64,000 bases of DNA from Candidatus Omnitrophota bacterium (lineage in GTDB: Bacteria > Omnitrophota > Gorgyraeia > Duberdicusellales > 4484-171), in contig JAIPGM010000002.1 of NCBI GenBank assembly GCA_021735655.1, positions 32,001-96,000 of the forward strand, in the 5' to 3' direction. How positions within the stretch are numbered: position 1 is the first letter of the stretch; every line of letters starts with the position of its first letter. The position numbers and the translations under genes were made by a program. The notes beneath the pieces were generated by a model. That model had not been told where the DNA came from. It saw nothing but the letters and a program-made list of their open reading frames with translations, and ran no database searches. Shown here piece by piece: positions 1-8,758 of this stretch.

Positions 1-1
1 G

Positions 2-214
2 CCTCAGCATAACGCTAATTCAAACGTTCATCTTCTGGTTGTAAGGGGCAATGATTTAACGGTCAATCTTGACGGTGCTGATAATCAGGTTAAGAAAGGC
101 GATCTATTGCCGGTCGCCTTTCAAGCGCCGATGATCATTAAAAACACCGGCAGTATTGACGCCACATTTTTAGTGTTTAAAACGCCCAATCCGTCAGAAA
201 TGGGGACGGTATAG
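2..214 (+). CDS. cupin-like protein, C-terminal fragment (5' end outside window)
   Basis: Open frame from the window edge to TAG at 212-214. Translation ...HLLVVRGNDLTVNLDGADNQVKKGDLLPVAFQAPMIIKNTG... looks like the beta-barrel C-terminus of a cupin protein. Not listed in the ORF track because it has no start. Confidence 0.3.
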   Translation, partial: PQHNANSNVHLLVVRGNDLTVNLDGADNQVKKGDLLPVAFQAPMIIKNTGSIDATFLVFKTPNPSEMGTV

Positions 215-215
215 C

Positions 216-584
216 GTGAAAATCAGGGATAGTGGAATGCCGGATAAGGGGATGTGGAAAGGTTTCTTTTTCCCTGCTCAAACGTTAGAAACGCTCGAAT
301 TCAATAGCGGTGTTCGCGATGCTGTGGAATTTGGGTGTGGCTATGGCACATTTACGATTCCGGCCGCTAGGATCATTAAAGGTGTGGAGTATCAAAGCAT
401 AAGCACCGATAAATTCAATACTATTGAGCAGGCAGAGAAGTTTATGCAAGATGGTGGCAAAATACTTGCCTGCGGAACTTGTATTAAATCTCGCAATCAA
501 GAAGGCACCGAAATGTGCCCGATCAACACGATGAAGGACATGTACGATATCGTTAAAGAATCTGATAAGGTAGTAACCTTTTAA
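216..584 (+). CDS. DsrE/DsrF-like (YchN-fold) protein
   Basis: C-terminal ...ILACGTCIKSRNQEG...TMKDMYDIVKESDKVVTF matches the Cys-containing C-terminal signature of the DsrE/DsrF/TusD family. The N-terminal half is atypical. Confidence 0.4.
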   Translation: MKIRDSGMPDKGMWKGFFFPAQTLETLEFNSGVRDAVEFGCGYGTFTIPAARIIKGVEYQSISTDKFNTIEQAEKFMQDGGKILACGTCIKSRNQEGTEMCPINTMKDMYDIVKESDKVVTF

Positions 585-598
585 AGGGCGGTGAACAT

Positions 599-958
599 AT
601 GATAAATATTTTACTTTATATTTTAATCGGCCTATTCGCGGGCGCGATAAGCGGTTTAATTGGAATAGGAGGGGGAATCATCATTGTTCCCGCCCTTATT
701 TATCTCTTTAAGTTTTCTCAGCATGCAGCTCAAGGGACAACTTTGGCGATGTTAATACCGCCTATTGGCATACTGGCGGCTTTAGCGTATTATAAGCAGG
801 GACACGTTAATTTTCCGGTGGCAGGATTTATATGTTTGGGATTTGTTATCGGCGGATTCTTAGGCGCGAAATTCGCGGTAGGATTTCCGGAAGTTGTGTT
901 AAGAAAAATATTCGGAGCGTGTCTTTTGGGTATAGCGAGTTATATGATTATTAAATAA
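599..958 (+). CDS. TauE/SafE (TSUP family) membrane protein, half-size (single 4-TM repeat)
   Basis: 119 aa polytopic membrane protein with glycine-rich GLIGIGGGIIIVP motif typical of TSUP/DUF81 sulfite-exporter-like transporters. Confidence 0.5.
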   Translation: MINILLYILIGLFAGAISGLIGIGGGIIIVPALIYLFKFSQHAAQGTTLAMLIPPIGILAALAYYKQGHVNFPVAGFICLGFVIGGFLGAKFAVGFPEVVLRKIFGACLLGIASYMIIK

Positions 959-959
959 T

Positions 960-1013
960 CGATAGGCGATGGGGTTCGCCGTTAACCGCCTCAACAGGCT
1001 GATAACTCCTACT
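960..1013 (+). promoter_or_regulatory. fluoride riboswitch (crcB RNA motif)
   Basis: Sequence AUAGGCGAUGGGGUUCGCCGUUAACCGCC...GCUGAUAACUCCUAC matches the crcB motif consensus (GGCGAUGG-GUUCGCC / AAACCGCC / GCUGAU-AUUCCUAC). It lies directly upstream of crcB with an AAGGAGGG RBS following. Confidence 0.85.
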
Positions 1014-1030
1014 TAAATGAAAGGAGGGAT

Positions 1031-1423
1031 TTGTCTATGTTGAGGCTTTTTTATATTGCTTTTGGTGGCGCCGCTGGCGCTTTATTGCGCTATTGGGCTT
1101 CAGGGCTGGCACATAGAATCGGAGGCAGTAGTTTCCCGTGGGGGACATTGAGCGTTAATCTCATAGGATCTTTTCTTATAGGTTTTTTATGGGGAATGTT
1201 TGAATCCGTTATCGTTTCCCAGAATACGCGAATTCTGATTTTTATTGGATTGCTTGGTTCTTTTACGACATTCTCCACGTTTTCGCTGGAGAGCTTTCAC
1301 CTGATCCGGGACGGTGAATACGGTCTTTTCATAGCAAATATATTATCGAGTTTTGCATTAGGTATATTACTAGTTTTTGCCGGATATTTTTTAAGCCGTT
1401 TTTTATTTAACATAGCGCGCTAA
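1031..1423 (+). CDS. crcB: fluoride ion channel CrcB/Fluc
   Basis: 130 aa, 4 TM, with the GGAAGALLRY signature of the CrcB family. It sits downstream of a fluoride riboswitch. Confidence 0.9.
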   Translation: MSMLRLFYIAFGGAAGALLRYWASGLAHRIGGSSFPWGTLSVNLIGSFLIGFLWGMFESVIVSQNTRILIFIGLLGSFTTFSTFSLESFHLIRDGEYGLFIANILSSFALGILLVFAGYFLSRFLFNIAR

Positions 1424-1437
1424 AGGAGGGACTAATC

Positions 1438-1770
1438 ATGAAACTGCCTGAAGAAGGAACATTGTTAAGGATATTCATAGGGGAATCCGACAAGTATAAG
1501 GGCAAGCCGTTATATGAGCAGATCGTTCTTAAAGCCAGAGAACTAAACTTGGCAGGAGCCACAGTTTTACGGGGGCTTATGGGTTTTGGGGCGGACAGCC
1601 ACATGCATTCGGCTAAAATCTTGAGGCTTTCCGAGGATTTGCCGGTGATTATTGAGCTTGTGGATACTGAAGAGAATTTAAACAAGCTCCTGCCTTTTTT
1701 AGATGAAACCGTGCAAGAAGGGCTGATTACGCTTGAAAAGGTTAGAGTCATAAAATACCGTCATAAGTAG
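1438..1770 (+). CDS. DUF190 (PII-like) protein commonly co-encoded with crcB
   Basis: 110 aa with a GGGAGG RBS. Sequence (..LRIFIGESDKYKGKPLYEQIV..TVLRGLMGFG..) fits the DUF190 family that co-occurs with fluoride channels. Confidence 0.7.
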   Translation: MKLPEEGTLLRIFIGESDKYKGKPLYEQIVLKARELNLAGATVLRGLMGFGADSHMHSAKILRLSEDLPVIIELVDTEENLNKLLPFLDETVQEGLITLEKVRVIKYRHK

Positions 1771-1786
1771 GGAGATAAATTTTAAA

Positions 1787-2269
1787 ATGAAAAAATCTAT
1801 TACAATTAAACCCATAGGCATCATAAATACGCCGTATAAAGAATCCAAGGGTATGCCTATTCAGGGTAAGTTTAAAAGGGGAGTTTTTGGCACTGCCAAA
1901 ATATTTCCTGAATATAAAGCGGGCCTAAAGGATATCAAAGGTTTTTCGCATGTTATCTTGATCTATCATTTTAACCGCTCGAAAGAGGAACGTCTAACAG
2001 GCAAACCGTTTCTAGAAGATACCGAACATGGAATATTTGCAATACGCAGCCCGCACCGGCCAAATCATATAGGTTTCTCGATCGTGAAATTAAAGAGCGT
2101 AAAAGGGAATACCATTACTTTTATGGAAGTCGATATTTTAGACGACACCCCGCTTCTGGACATCAAGCCTTACGTCAAACATTTCGACAGCCGGGATAAA
2201 GTCAAGAACGGTTGGATCGATAAACACTTCAAAACCGGCAAAATCCCAAAGCGCACAAGACTGGAATAA
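1787..2269 (+). CDS. trmO: tRNA (t6A37) methyltransferase TrmO/TsaA (YaeB family)
   Basis: IKPIGIINTPYKE...GFSHVILIYHF...IRSPHRPNHIGFSIVKL...DILDDTPLLDIKPY aligns along its whole length with E. coli YaeB/TrmO. Confidence 0.75.
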   Translation: MKKSITIKPIGIINTPYKESKGMPIQGKFKRGVFGTAKIFPEYKAGLKDIKGFSHVILIYHFNRSKEERLTGKPFLEDTEHGIFAIRSPHRPNHIGFSIVKLKSVKGNTITFMEVDILDDTPLLDIKPYVKHFDSRDKVKNGWIDKHFKTGKIPKRTRLE

Positions 2270-2309
2270 TGTTCACTTTTTCCTAATGTTCACTAATTAG
2301 TGAACATTA
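2268..2309. repeat. AATGTTCACT motif x3 (two direct copies, the second forming a perfect 26-bp palindrome TAATGTTCACTAA/TTAGTGAACATTA)
   Basis: Read directly: 2268-2277 AATGTTCACT, then the palindrome at 2284-2309, followed by a GGTTTTTGG run. It lies at the trmO stop and the left edge of the AbiE cassette. Confidence 0.6.
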
Positions 2310-2357
2310 GATAGTTGGTTTTTGGCTTTATAAAATTAAATAACTCGAAGAAATAGC

Positions 2358-2396
2358 TTGACATCCTGTCACAAATAATATATACTTTTTGTGACA
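2358..2396 (+). promoter_or_regulatory. sigma70-type promoter TTGACA-N17-TATACT with a TGTCACAAA/TTTGTGACA inverted repeat bracketing the -10 (candidate AbiEi autoregulatory operator)
   Basis: -35 at 2358-2363 and -10 at 2381-2386. The 9-bp inverted repeats are at 2367-2375 and 2388-2396. An AGCGAGG RBS and the abiEi ATG follow. Confidence 0.55.
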
Positions 2397-2413
2397 AAAG
2401 CGAGGTATATAAA

Positions 2414-3013
2414 ATGTCGCAAAGCATTGAGAATAAAGTAGTTAGCAGGATTTATGGTAAGAATAGGGGTTGGGTATTCACTCCAAATCACTTTCTTGAC
2501 CTTGGAAGCCGTACAGCCGTGGCTCAAGCCTTGGGGCGGTTGGCAAAAGCCGGTACTATTCGCCGATTGGCACATGGACTATATGATTATCCTGAGAAAC
2601 ACCCTACGCTGGGCGATCTTCCGCCTAACTATGAGCGGATAGCCCAAGCTTTGGCAGGAAGGGATAGTTTAAAAATTCAGCCATCGGGGGCGTATGCCGC
2701 CAATCTGCTCGGGCTTACTGAGCAGGTTCCTGCAAAGATTGTTTTTCTGACTGACGGCCCTAATCGCAAAGTACAAATAAACAAACAGCAGGTTGTCTTA
2801 AAAAGGACAACTCCTAAAAATATGGCCACTGCCATGCGGGTGAGCGGTCTGGTTATCCAGGCTCTGCGTCATTTAGGCCAAGATCATGTGGATGATAAAA
2901 TAATCGGGATGCTTAAGAAAAGATTATCCAGCGATGACAAGCGTCAGCTTATAAACGACCTTCGTTACGCTCCTGTATGGATAGGAAATATATTTCGGCA
3001 ATTACAAGGATAA
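2414..3013 (+). CDS. abiEi: type IV toxin-antitoxin/abortive infection antitoxin AbiEi
   Basis: 199 aa. N-terminal wHTH (..GLAKAGTIRRLAHGLYDYPE..) and overall similarity to the AbiEi family. It is immediately followed by the AbiEii nucleotidyltransferase. Confidence 0.8.
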   Translation: MSQSIENKVVSRIYGKNRGWVFTPNHFLDLGSRTAVAQALGRLAKAGTIRRLAHGLYDYPEKHPTLGDLPPNYERIAQALAGRDSLKIQPSGAYAANLLGLTEQVPAKIVFLTDGPNRKVQINKQQVVLKRTTPKNMATAMRVSGLVIQALRHLGQDHVDDKIIGMLKKRLSSDDKRQLINDLRYAPVWIGNIFRQLQG

Positions 3014-3020
3014 GAAGCCT

Positions 3021-4046
3021 GTGGACAAATTCGTATTATTGAGTGATAAAGACAAACGCGCCTATTTCGAAGTAGCCGCGGCTGACTTGAATGTAATGCC
3101 ACAGCTTATTGAAAAGGATTTCTGGGTTTGTTGGATACTCAGGACCCTTTTTTCGTTACCGTCATCAGGCAGTCACTTGACATTTAAGGGCGGTACATCA
3201 CTTTCAAAATGCTATGACGTTATCAGGCGTTTTTCAGAAGATGTCGATATTTCGATAGAAAGGTCTTTTTTATCAAGCCAACAGGCCATTGAACCTAAAA
3301 AACAAGAAAGTAACAAAGAAAACCAGCGAAGACTTGAAAGGTTACAGTTAGCCTGTCAAGCAAAGATCAGCGGCACTCTAATCCCAGAACTGAAAAAAAG
3401 TATTGCCGCTATTCTGACCGATAGAAAAAAATGGAATCTCGAAATCGATTCTAACGACGCATTAAAGCAGACAGTTTTGTTTACTTTCCCACACGCTTTG
3501 ACAAATAGTATGGAAAGCTACGTAAAGGCCGCTGTTAAAATTGAGTTTGGTTCCAGAGCCGACCATTGGCCTGTTGAAAATATGGCTGTTACGCCATATG
3601 TTGCTAATGTTTCAGACGATGTGACTATTGAAGGTGCATCAGTGCGTGTTTTAGCCGCAGAGCGGACCTTTTGGGAGAAAGCGACCATACTTCATATGAT
3701 ATATCATTATCCTGAAGGTAAGAATGTGCCTCCGCGGATGTCGCGGCACTATTATGATTTATTCGCGATGGTAGATTCTTTTGTATACAAGAAATCTTTA
3801 GAAAAAATATCGCTATTGAAACATGTATCCGATCATAAGTCTTTATTTTTTAAAGCTAACTGGGCGCATTATGAAGAGGCTAAACCGGGCAGCTTGCGGC
3901 TGGTGCCGCGCGATGACCAAATAAGCCAGTTGAAAACTGATTACCGACAAATGCAACAAATGTTTTTTGAGGATCCCCCGTCATTTGAGAGTGTTTTAGA
4001 GAAACTAAAAATAGCGGAAGATAAGATTAGCAGGGTCAAACAATGA
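3021..4046 (+). CDS. abiEii: nucleotidyltransferase toxin AbiEii/AbiGii (DUF1814)
   Basis: 341 aa with ..TFKGGTSLSKCYDVIRRFSEDVDISIE.. nucleotidyltransferase motifs characteristic of AbiEii. It is paired with abiEi. Confidence 0.8.
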   Translation: MDKFVLLSDKDKRAYFEVAAADLNVMPQLIEKDFWVCWILRTLFSLPSSGSHLTFKGGTSLSKCYDVIRRFSEDVDISIERSFLSSQQAIEPKKQESNKENQRRLERLQLACQAKISGTLIPELKKSIAAILTDRKKWNLEIDSNDALKQTVLFTFPHALTNSMESYVKAAVKIEFGSRADHWPVENMAVTPYVANVSDDVTIEGASVRVLAAERTFWEKATILHMIYHYPEGKNVPPRMSRHYYDLFAMVDSFVYKKSLEKISLLKHVSDHKSLFFKANWAHYEEAKPGSLRLVPRDDQISQLKTDYRQMQQMFFEDPPSFESVLEKLKIAEDKISRVKQ

Positions 4047-4167
4047 ATTACTGGTGGACGGCAGATTATCACTTTTCGCACGCCAAAGCTATTATGATAG
4101 CCGATGAACGATCGGGATTTTTATGATATTTTTGCAATAGAATAACGAAAAGTAGCATTTAGTAGAC

Positions 4168-5316
4168 ATGAATAACCCAAAAAACTCAATAAAAAAGGCA
4201 GTCTACATCCGTACCTTCGGATGCCAGATGAATGATCGAGACTCTGAGGCTCTTCTAGGCCTTTTTGTTGATTTGGGGTATTCTGTAGCTAAAGAGCCTA
4301 AGGAGGCCGATGTAATATTAGTTAATACTTGTTCGGTGAGAGAGCATGCTGAAGACCGGGCCCGTTCTTTTTTAGGTAGCCTACAGAAGCTCGCTGAGCG
4401 CCGGCGTTCCCGAGGCGCTAAACATAAGATAATTGGGCTTATTGGTTGTATGGCTCAGAATACTGGAGAAGAAATATTTAAAAGAATGCCCTATGTTGAT
4501 TTAATCTGTGGACCTGGCTGTCTAGATAGAGTCGTTGCTTATATTCAAAAGATAGAGAAAGAAAAAGTTCGGATTCTTGACTTAGAGGATAAGAAACGTA
4601 AAAGTGAATTTTATCAAGGTTCCTATCGTATTGAGAGCGACCATGCCCAAGTTGTGATATCAACCGGCTGTTCTAATTATTGTTCATATTGTGTTGTTCC
4701 TTATGTACGTGGTGAGTTACGCTTGCGCAAACCCAAAGATATCATTGATGAGATAAAGCAGAATATAGCTTTAGGTATTTCGAAAATTACTTTGCTTGGT
4801 CAAAATGTTAATGATTATTTTTTTAATCAGCGGGTTAATTTTGTTGAGTTACTTAATCGAATCGAGGCAATAAATGGATTAACCGAGTTAAATTTCATTA
4901 CTTCGCAACCAAGGAATATTCCTAAAGGTTTATTCGAGCTGATGGCAAAGAGCGATAAAATATCAAAGCATTTGCATTTACCTTTTCAGTCAGGATCAAA
5001 TCGTATTTTAAAGGCGATGAAACGAGGTTATACGATTGATAAGTACTTGCAAATAGTCTCTGATTATAAGAAAATAGTAAAAGGTACCTTGAGTACCGAT
5101 GTCATTGTTGGCTTTCCGACTGAGAGCGATGAAGATTTTGCGCAAACTAAGGAAGTTTTAGAAAAGGTGCGTTTCTCGAGTGCTTATATTTTTAAATATT
5201 CACCACGGAAAAGGGCAAAAAGTGCTAAGTTAATTGATGATCTAGTTCAGAGCGAAAAAGTTAAGAGGCACAAGATATTGCTCGATCTGCAAAGGAAGAT
5301 TTCACGCGATGGTTAA
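4168..5316 (+). CDS. MiaB-like tRNA/ribosomal methylthiotransferase (radical SAM), apparently lacking the C-terminal TRAM domain
   Basis: N-terminal MTTase domain (IRTFGCQMNDRDSE) and radical SAM CSNYCSYCVVP. The 382-aa ORF ends where the next gene begins, which is about 60 aa short of a typical MiaB/MtaB. Confidence 0.75.
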   Translation: MNNPKNSIKKAVYIRTFGCQMNDRDSEALLGLFVDLGYSVAKEPKEADVILVNTCSVREHAEDRARSFLGSLQKLAERRRSRGAKHKIIGLIGCMAQNTGEEIFKRMPYVDLICGPGCLDRVVAYIQKIEKEKVRILDLEDKKRKSEFYQGSYRIESDHAQVVISTGCSNYCSYCVVPYVRGELRLRKPKDIIDEIKQNIALGISKITLLGQNVNDYFFNQRVNFVELLNRIEAINGLTELNFITSQPRNIPKGLFELMAKSDKISKHLHLPFQSGSNRILKAMKRGYTIDKYLQIVSDYKKIVKGTLSTDVIVGFPTESDEDFAQTKEVLEKVRFSSAYIFKYSPRKRAKSAKLIDDLVQSEKVKRHKILLDLQRKISRDG

Positions 5317-6046
5317 AAGAAGTAAGGTTTGGTTTTTACTTATTTTTTATTTTTGTCTTGTTGCTAATGTTTGGGCAGTTTCTTTAGAGGAGGCCCAACA
5401 AGATTATCTTTTGGGTAATTATGAGGAAGCGATAGTTAAGGCCCGCCGTTTGCATGAAAACGATGAAACCCTTTATTTTTTAGGTTTAGCTTATACTAAA
5501 ACCGCAGACTATGAACGGGCCAGAGCATATTTAGATAAATTGATTGATCGCTTCCCGGGGTCAGATTTTCGTAATCTGGCTATGATGAAATTAGCCGATA
5601 CTTATTTTTTACAAAAAGACTATGATAAGGCTAAAGAACTTTATCAAATTATCGAGAGTAAATGTTTGAAACTCGAGAATCCATCTTTGCTTTTTCTTCG
5701 CTTGGCTCAAATTGCCAGCCGCCGGGGAGAGTGGGAAGATAAAGGCAAATATTTAGAGTTGATAAAGAAAAAATATCCTAATAGTCCGGAAATGTATTTT
5801 GTTAAAACTTTGGAGGAGTATGGTGACTTTTTTACTATTCAGGTAGGAGCCTTTAGTCAGAAGAAAAATGCAGTTTTACTTAAGGATGAGGTAACTTGTG
5901 AATCTAAGGCTTACATTGTTGAAGGTAAGTCTGGGGCCTATCCGATATATAAGGTGAGGGTAGGCAAATTTAAAAAGCGATATGATGCCGACAAGGTTGC
6001 CCAAGATTTACGTAGCCAGGGATATCCTGCCAGTATTTACCCTTAA
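5309..6046 (+). CDS. secreted TPR-repeat protein with C-terminal SPOR (peptidoglycan-binding) domain
   Basis: Signal peptide, YbgF/CpoB-like TPR region, and C-terminal FTIQVGAFSQKKNAVLL...YKVRVGKF...A..L...GY SPOR pattern. Confidence 0.6.
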   Translation: MVKRSKVWFLLIFYFCLVANVWAVSLEEAQQDYLLGNYEEAIVKARRLHENDETLYFLGLAYTKTADYERARAYLDKLIDRFPGSDFRNLAMMKLADTYFLQKDYDKAKELYQIIESKCLKLENPSLLFLRLAQIASRRGEWEDKGKYLELIKKKYPNSPEMYFVKTLEEYGDFFTIQVGAFSQKKNAVLLKDEVTCESKAYIVEGKSGAYPIYKVRVGKFKKRYDADKVAQDLRSQGYPASIYP

Positions 6047-6049
6047 TTT

Positions 6050-6967
6050 ATGAATCCGATTATTTGTATAGTTGGTCCGACCGCCTCCGGGAAAACTCAA
6101 ACTAGTTATCTATTGGCTCGTAAGCTTGGTGTTGAGATTATTTCTTGTGATTCGATGCTTATCTATCGGGAGCCTTCAATCATTACTTCAAAGCCATCGC
6201 ACCAGCTATTAGCCGAAGTTAACCATCATTTTATCGGAATAACTTCGGTTAGCGAAACTTATAGTGTGTTTGATTATTTTCGTTTGGCCACCGAAGCAAT
6301 TAGGGCTCTTTATTTTAAAAATCAATCTCCGGTAGTTTGTGGCGGAAGTGGCTTATATTTCAAAGCTATAATTGACGGTATTTTTCAAGGGCCGGGGAAA
6401 AATGATCAATTGCGCGAGTCTTTAATGAGAACTGCCGAGACCTACGGTAAACAATATCTTTATGAGGAGTTAAAAAAAGTAGATTCGCCGGCAGCAATGA
6501 GAATTTCTCCCAATGATTTAAGAAGAACCATCAGAGCACTTGAAGTCTATTATGAAAGCGGCATGCCGATGTCTCAAAAACAAACCTTTTCTTTTGGGTT
6601 ATGGGGAGATTTGCCGATTAAGATATTTGGTCTGCGGCTTAAGCGTAAAGAACTATATCACCGGATTGAAGAAAGGGTTGATCAGATGTTTGTTGAAGGC
6701 GCCGTAGATGAGGTTGAAGCTTTAAGACAGGGCAATTTGAGCCTTACTGCCGAGAAGATAATTGGGGTAAAAGAAATTTCTGAGTTTTTAGATGATAAGG
6801 TAACTGAGGCTCAGGCTAAGGCTAATATGAAGAAAAATACTCGCCATCTAGCTAAACGTCAAATAACTTGGTTTAAAAAAGAAAAGCGTATCGAGTGGAT
6901 AGATATTGATGAACAAACTCCTAAACAAACTGCTGAATTAATCGAGTCACGAATTAGCAATGCATGA
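6050..6967 (+). CDS. miaA: tRNA dimethylallyltransferase
   Basis: IVGPTASGKT P-loop and full-length similarity to MiaA. Confidence 0.9.
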   Translation: MNPIICIVGPTASGKTQTSYLLARKLGVEIISCDSMLIYREPSIITSKPSHQLLAEVNHHFIGITSVSETYSVFDYFRLATEAIRALYFKNQSPVVCGGSGLYFKAIIDGIFQGPGKNDQLRESLMRTAETYGKQYLYEELKKVDSPAAMRISPNDLRRTIRALEVYYESGMPMSQKQTFSFGLWGDLPIKIFGLRLKRKELYHRIEERVDQMFVEGAVDEVEALRQGNLSLTAEKIIGVKEISEFLDDKVTEAQAKANMKKNTRHLAKRQITWFKKEKRIEWIDIDEQTPKQTAELIESRISNA

Positions 6968-8228
6968 AACCATAAAAAAAGAAACCGCACTCTTGGTCGT
7001 GGTTAAAGAACCTAAAGAACTTTGGCTTTTTGAGGATTTAGCCTCGGAGTTTAAAAATTTAGTTATTTCTTCGGGGATTGAAGTGACTGAAGTTGTTTTA
7101 GTGAAACTGGCTCAGCCTAACCCTTCGCTTTATATTGGAAAAGGCAAGGTAGAAGAGATTAGACTTAAAAGGGAGGAGCTAGGGGTCGACGTAGTAATTT
7201 TTAACGCTAATTTGAAATTTACTCAACAGAGGAATCTGGAAGAAATATTAAATGTTAAGACCATTGATCGTACCCAGCTGATTTTAGATATATTCGCCAA
7301 GCACGCCCATAGTCAAGAAGGAATACTTCAGGTTGAGCTAGCTCAGTCTCAGTATCTCTTGCCGCGACTTAGAGGAAAAGGTATTGCTCTTAGCCGTTTA
7401 GGTGGTGGCATCGGGACCCGGGGCCCGGGTGAAAAAAAGCTTGAGGTTGATCAGAGAAAAATTTCCGATCGGATAAGTAAAATTAAAGAAGAACTTCATG
7501 ATCTAGGACAACATCATAATCTGATGCGCAAGCGGCGCGATAAGGCTAAAGAACATATGTGTTCTTTAGTTGGCTATACTAATGCCGGAAAGACTACCTT
7601 GTTTAATCTTCTAGCTCAAAGTGAGCAGGTAGAATCAGCCGGCTTGTTTACAACTTTAGATACAGTAACTCGTCAGTTTTCCTTAGCTGTTGGCCAAAAA
7701 GTAGTACTATCAGATACAGTAGGGTTTGTTTATAATTTACCTCCGAACCTAGTTGAGTCTTTTAAAACTACTCTTGATGAGTTGCAGTATTCAGATGTTT
7801 TATTACATTTAGTTGATCTGAGTAGTAAAAATTTCTTGCAGCTTAAGGCAGCGGTTGATAGTATCTTGACGGATTTAAAACTTGATTTAAAACCGACAAT
7901 TGTTGTTTTTAACAAGATTGATAAAATTTCCTCCCGAGAGGTTGAATTTTTAAAAAAAGATTATCCTAAGGCGGTTTTTATTTCTGCTAAGAGTGGTTTG
8001 GGTATAGAGGAATTAAAACAGGTAATTTCAATCAATATTTTTAAAGATACCCTAGAGGTTATAGCCAGGGTACCATTTGATCATATGGAAATTGTTAACT
8101 ATTTGCATAAAAATTGCGAGGTTTTGGAAAGCAACTATGAAGATAAAGAGGCTGTTTTTCACTTAAGGCTAAAGCGGGACAAATTAGATTATATTAAAAA
8201 TCAGGGGATCAAGACAAAGAAAGCTTAG
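6960..8228 (+). CDS. hflX: GTPase HflX
   Basis: N-terminal HflX domain plus G-domain (VGYTNAGKTTLFNLL, DTVGF, NKID). Confidence 0.9.
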   Translation: MHETIKKETALLVVVKEPKELWLFEDLASEFKNLVISSGIEVTEVVLVKLAQPNPSLYIGKGKVEEIRLKREELGVDVVIFNANLKFTQQRNLEEILNVKTIDRTQLILDIFAKHAHSQEGILQVELAQSQYLLPRLRGKGIALSRLGGGIGTRGPGEKKLEVDQRKISDRISKIKEELHDLGQHHNLMRKRRDKAKEHMCSLVGYTNAGKTTLFNLLAQSEQVESAGLFTTLDTVTRQFSLAVGQKVVLSDTVGFVYNLPPNLVESFKTTLDELQYSDVLLHLVDLSSKNFLQLKAAVDSILTDLKLDLKPTIVVFNKIDKISSREVEFLKKDYPKAVFISAKSGLGIEELKQVISINIFKDTLEVIARVPFDHMEIVNYLHKNCEVLESNYEDKEAVFHLRLKRDKLDYIKNQGIKTKKA

Positions 8229-8322
8229 ATACTGTTAAAATCAACAGTTGAATGATTGGTAAAACGCGGTAGAATTAGTTTCTTAGGTGAAGAGTTGTAA
8301 CTAAACAAAAAAGGGAGTTGTA

Positions 8323-8673
8323 ATGCGAGTTGATGTTTCTTTTAAGTATCTCAAGAAAAGCGATTTTATTAACAATGTTTTAGATAATGGTTTCAAAAAG
8401 ATTGAGCGTCGGATTAAGATGTTTCGGCGCAACGACCCAATACATATTTCAGTACACCTAGAGAAGAACCCTCATAAGGAGCAATATTTTTGTAAATCTC
8501 ACGTTTATCTGCCTTCATCAAAAGTTTTAGCTGCTAACGAAAAGGGCACCAAAGTTTCTTTGGCCATAAATAAGACCTTTTCGGCTTTGAGCAAGCAACT
8601 AGATAAAGAGAAACATAAGTGGCAAAAGCAGCTAAGAATCCGCCGTCAGAAGGACTCTTTTGACTTTGAATAA
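8323..8673 (+). CDS. hpf: ribosome hibernation promoting factor (short HPF/RaiA family)
   Basis: 116 aa. The pattern MRVDVSFK...ERRIKMF...IHISVHLEKNPHK...AINK..SAL.KQLDKEKHK matches the HPF/YfiA fold. Confidence 0.7.
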   Translation: MRVDVSFKYLKKSDFINNVLDNGFKKIERRIKMFRRNDPIHISVHLEKNPHKEQYFCKSHVYLPSSKVLAANEKGTKVSLAINKTFSALSKQLDKEKHKWQKQLRIRRQKDSFDFE

Positions 8674-8719
8674 AATAACAATTTTTTCTTGACGAGGCTG
8701 AAGCGGTGTGTTAGGATAC

Positions 8720-8746
8720 TTAGCACTCTAAGAGCTAGAGTGCTAA
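8720..8746 (+). promoter_or_regulatory. CIRCE operator (TTAGCACTC-N9-GAGTGCTAA)
   Basis: Perfect CIRCE inverted repeat read directly, ending at the hrcA RBS. A candidate -35 TTGACG lies at 8689-8694. Confidence 0.9.
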
Positions 8747-8758
8747 AGGAGATTGATT

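Noticed and set aside
2454-2642. 62-aa ORF in an alternative frame inside abiEi
   Set aside because: It fully overlaps the well-supported AbiEi reading frame and has no start signals.
8229-8322. Hairpin ACTGTT-AAAATC-AACAGT upstream of hpf as a terminator or sigma-54 promoter
   Set aside because: It has no following U-run and no GG-N10-GC element, so there is insufficient evidence.
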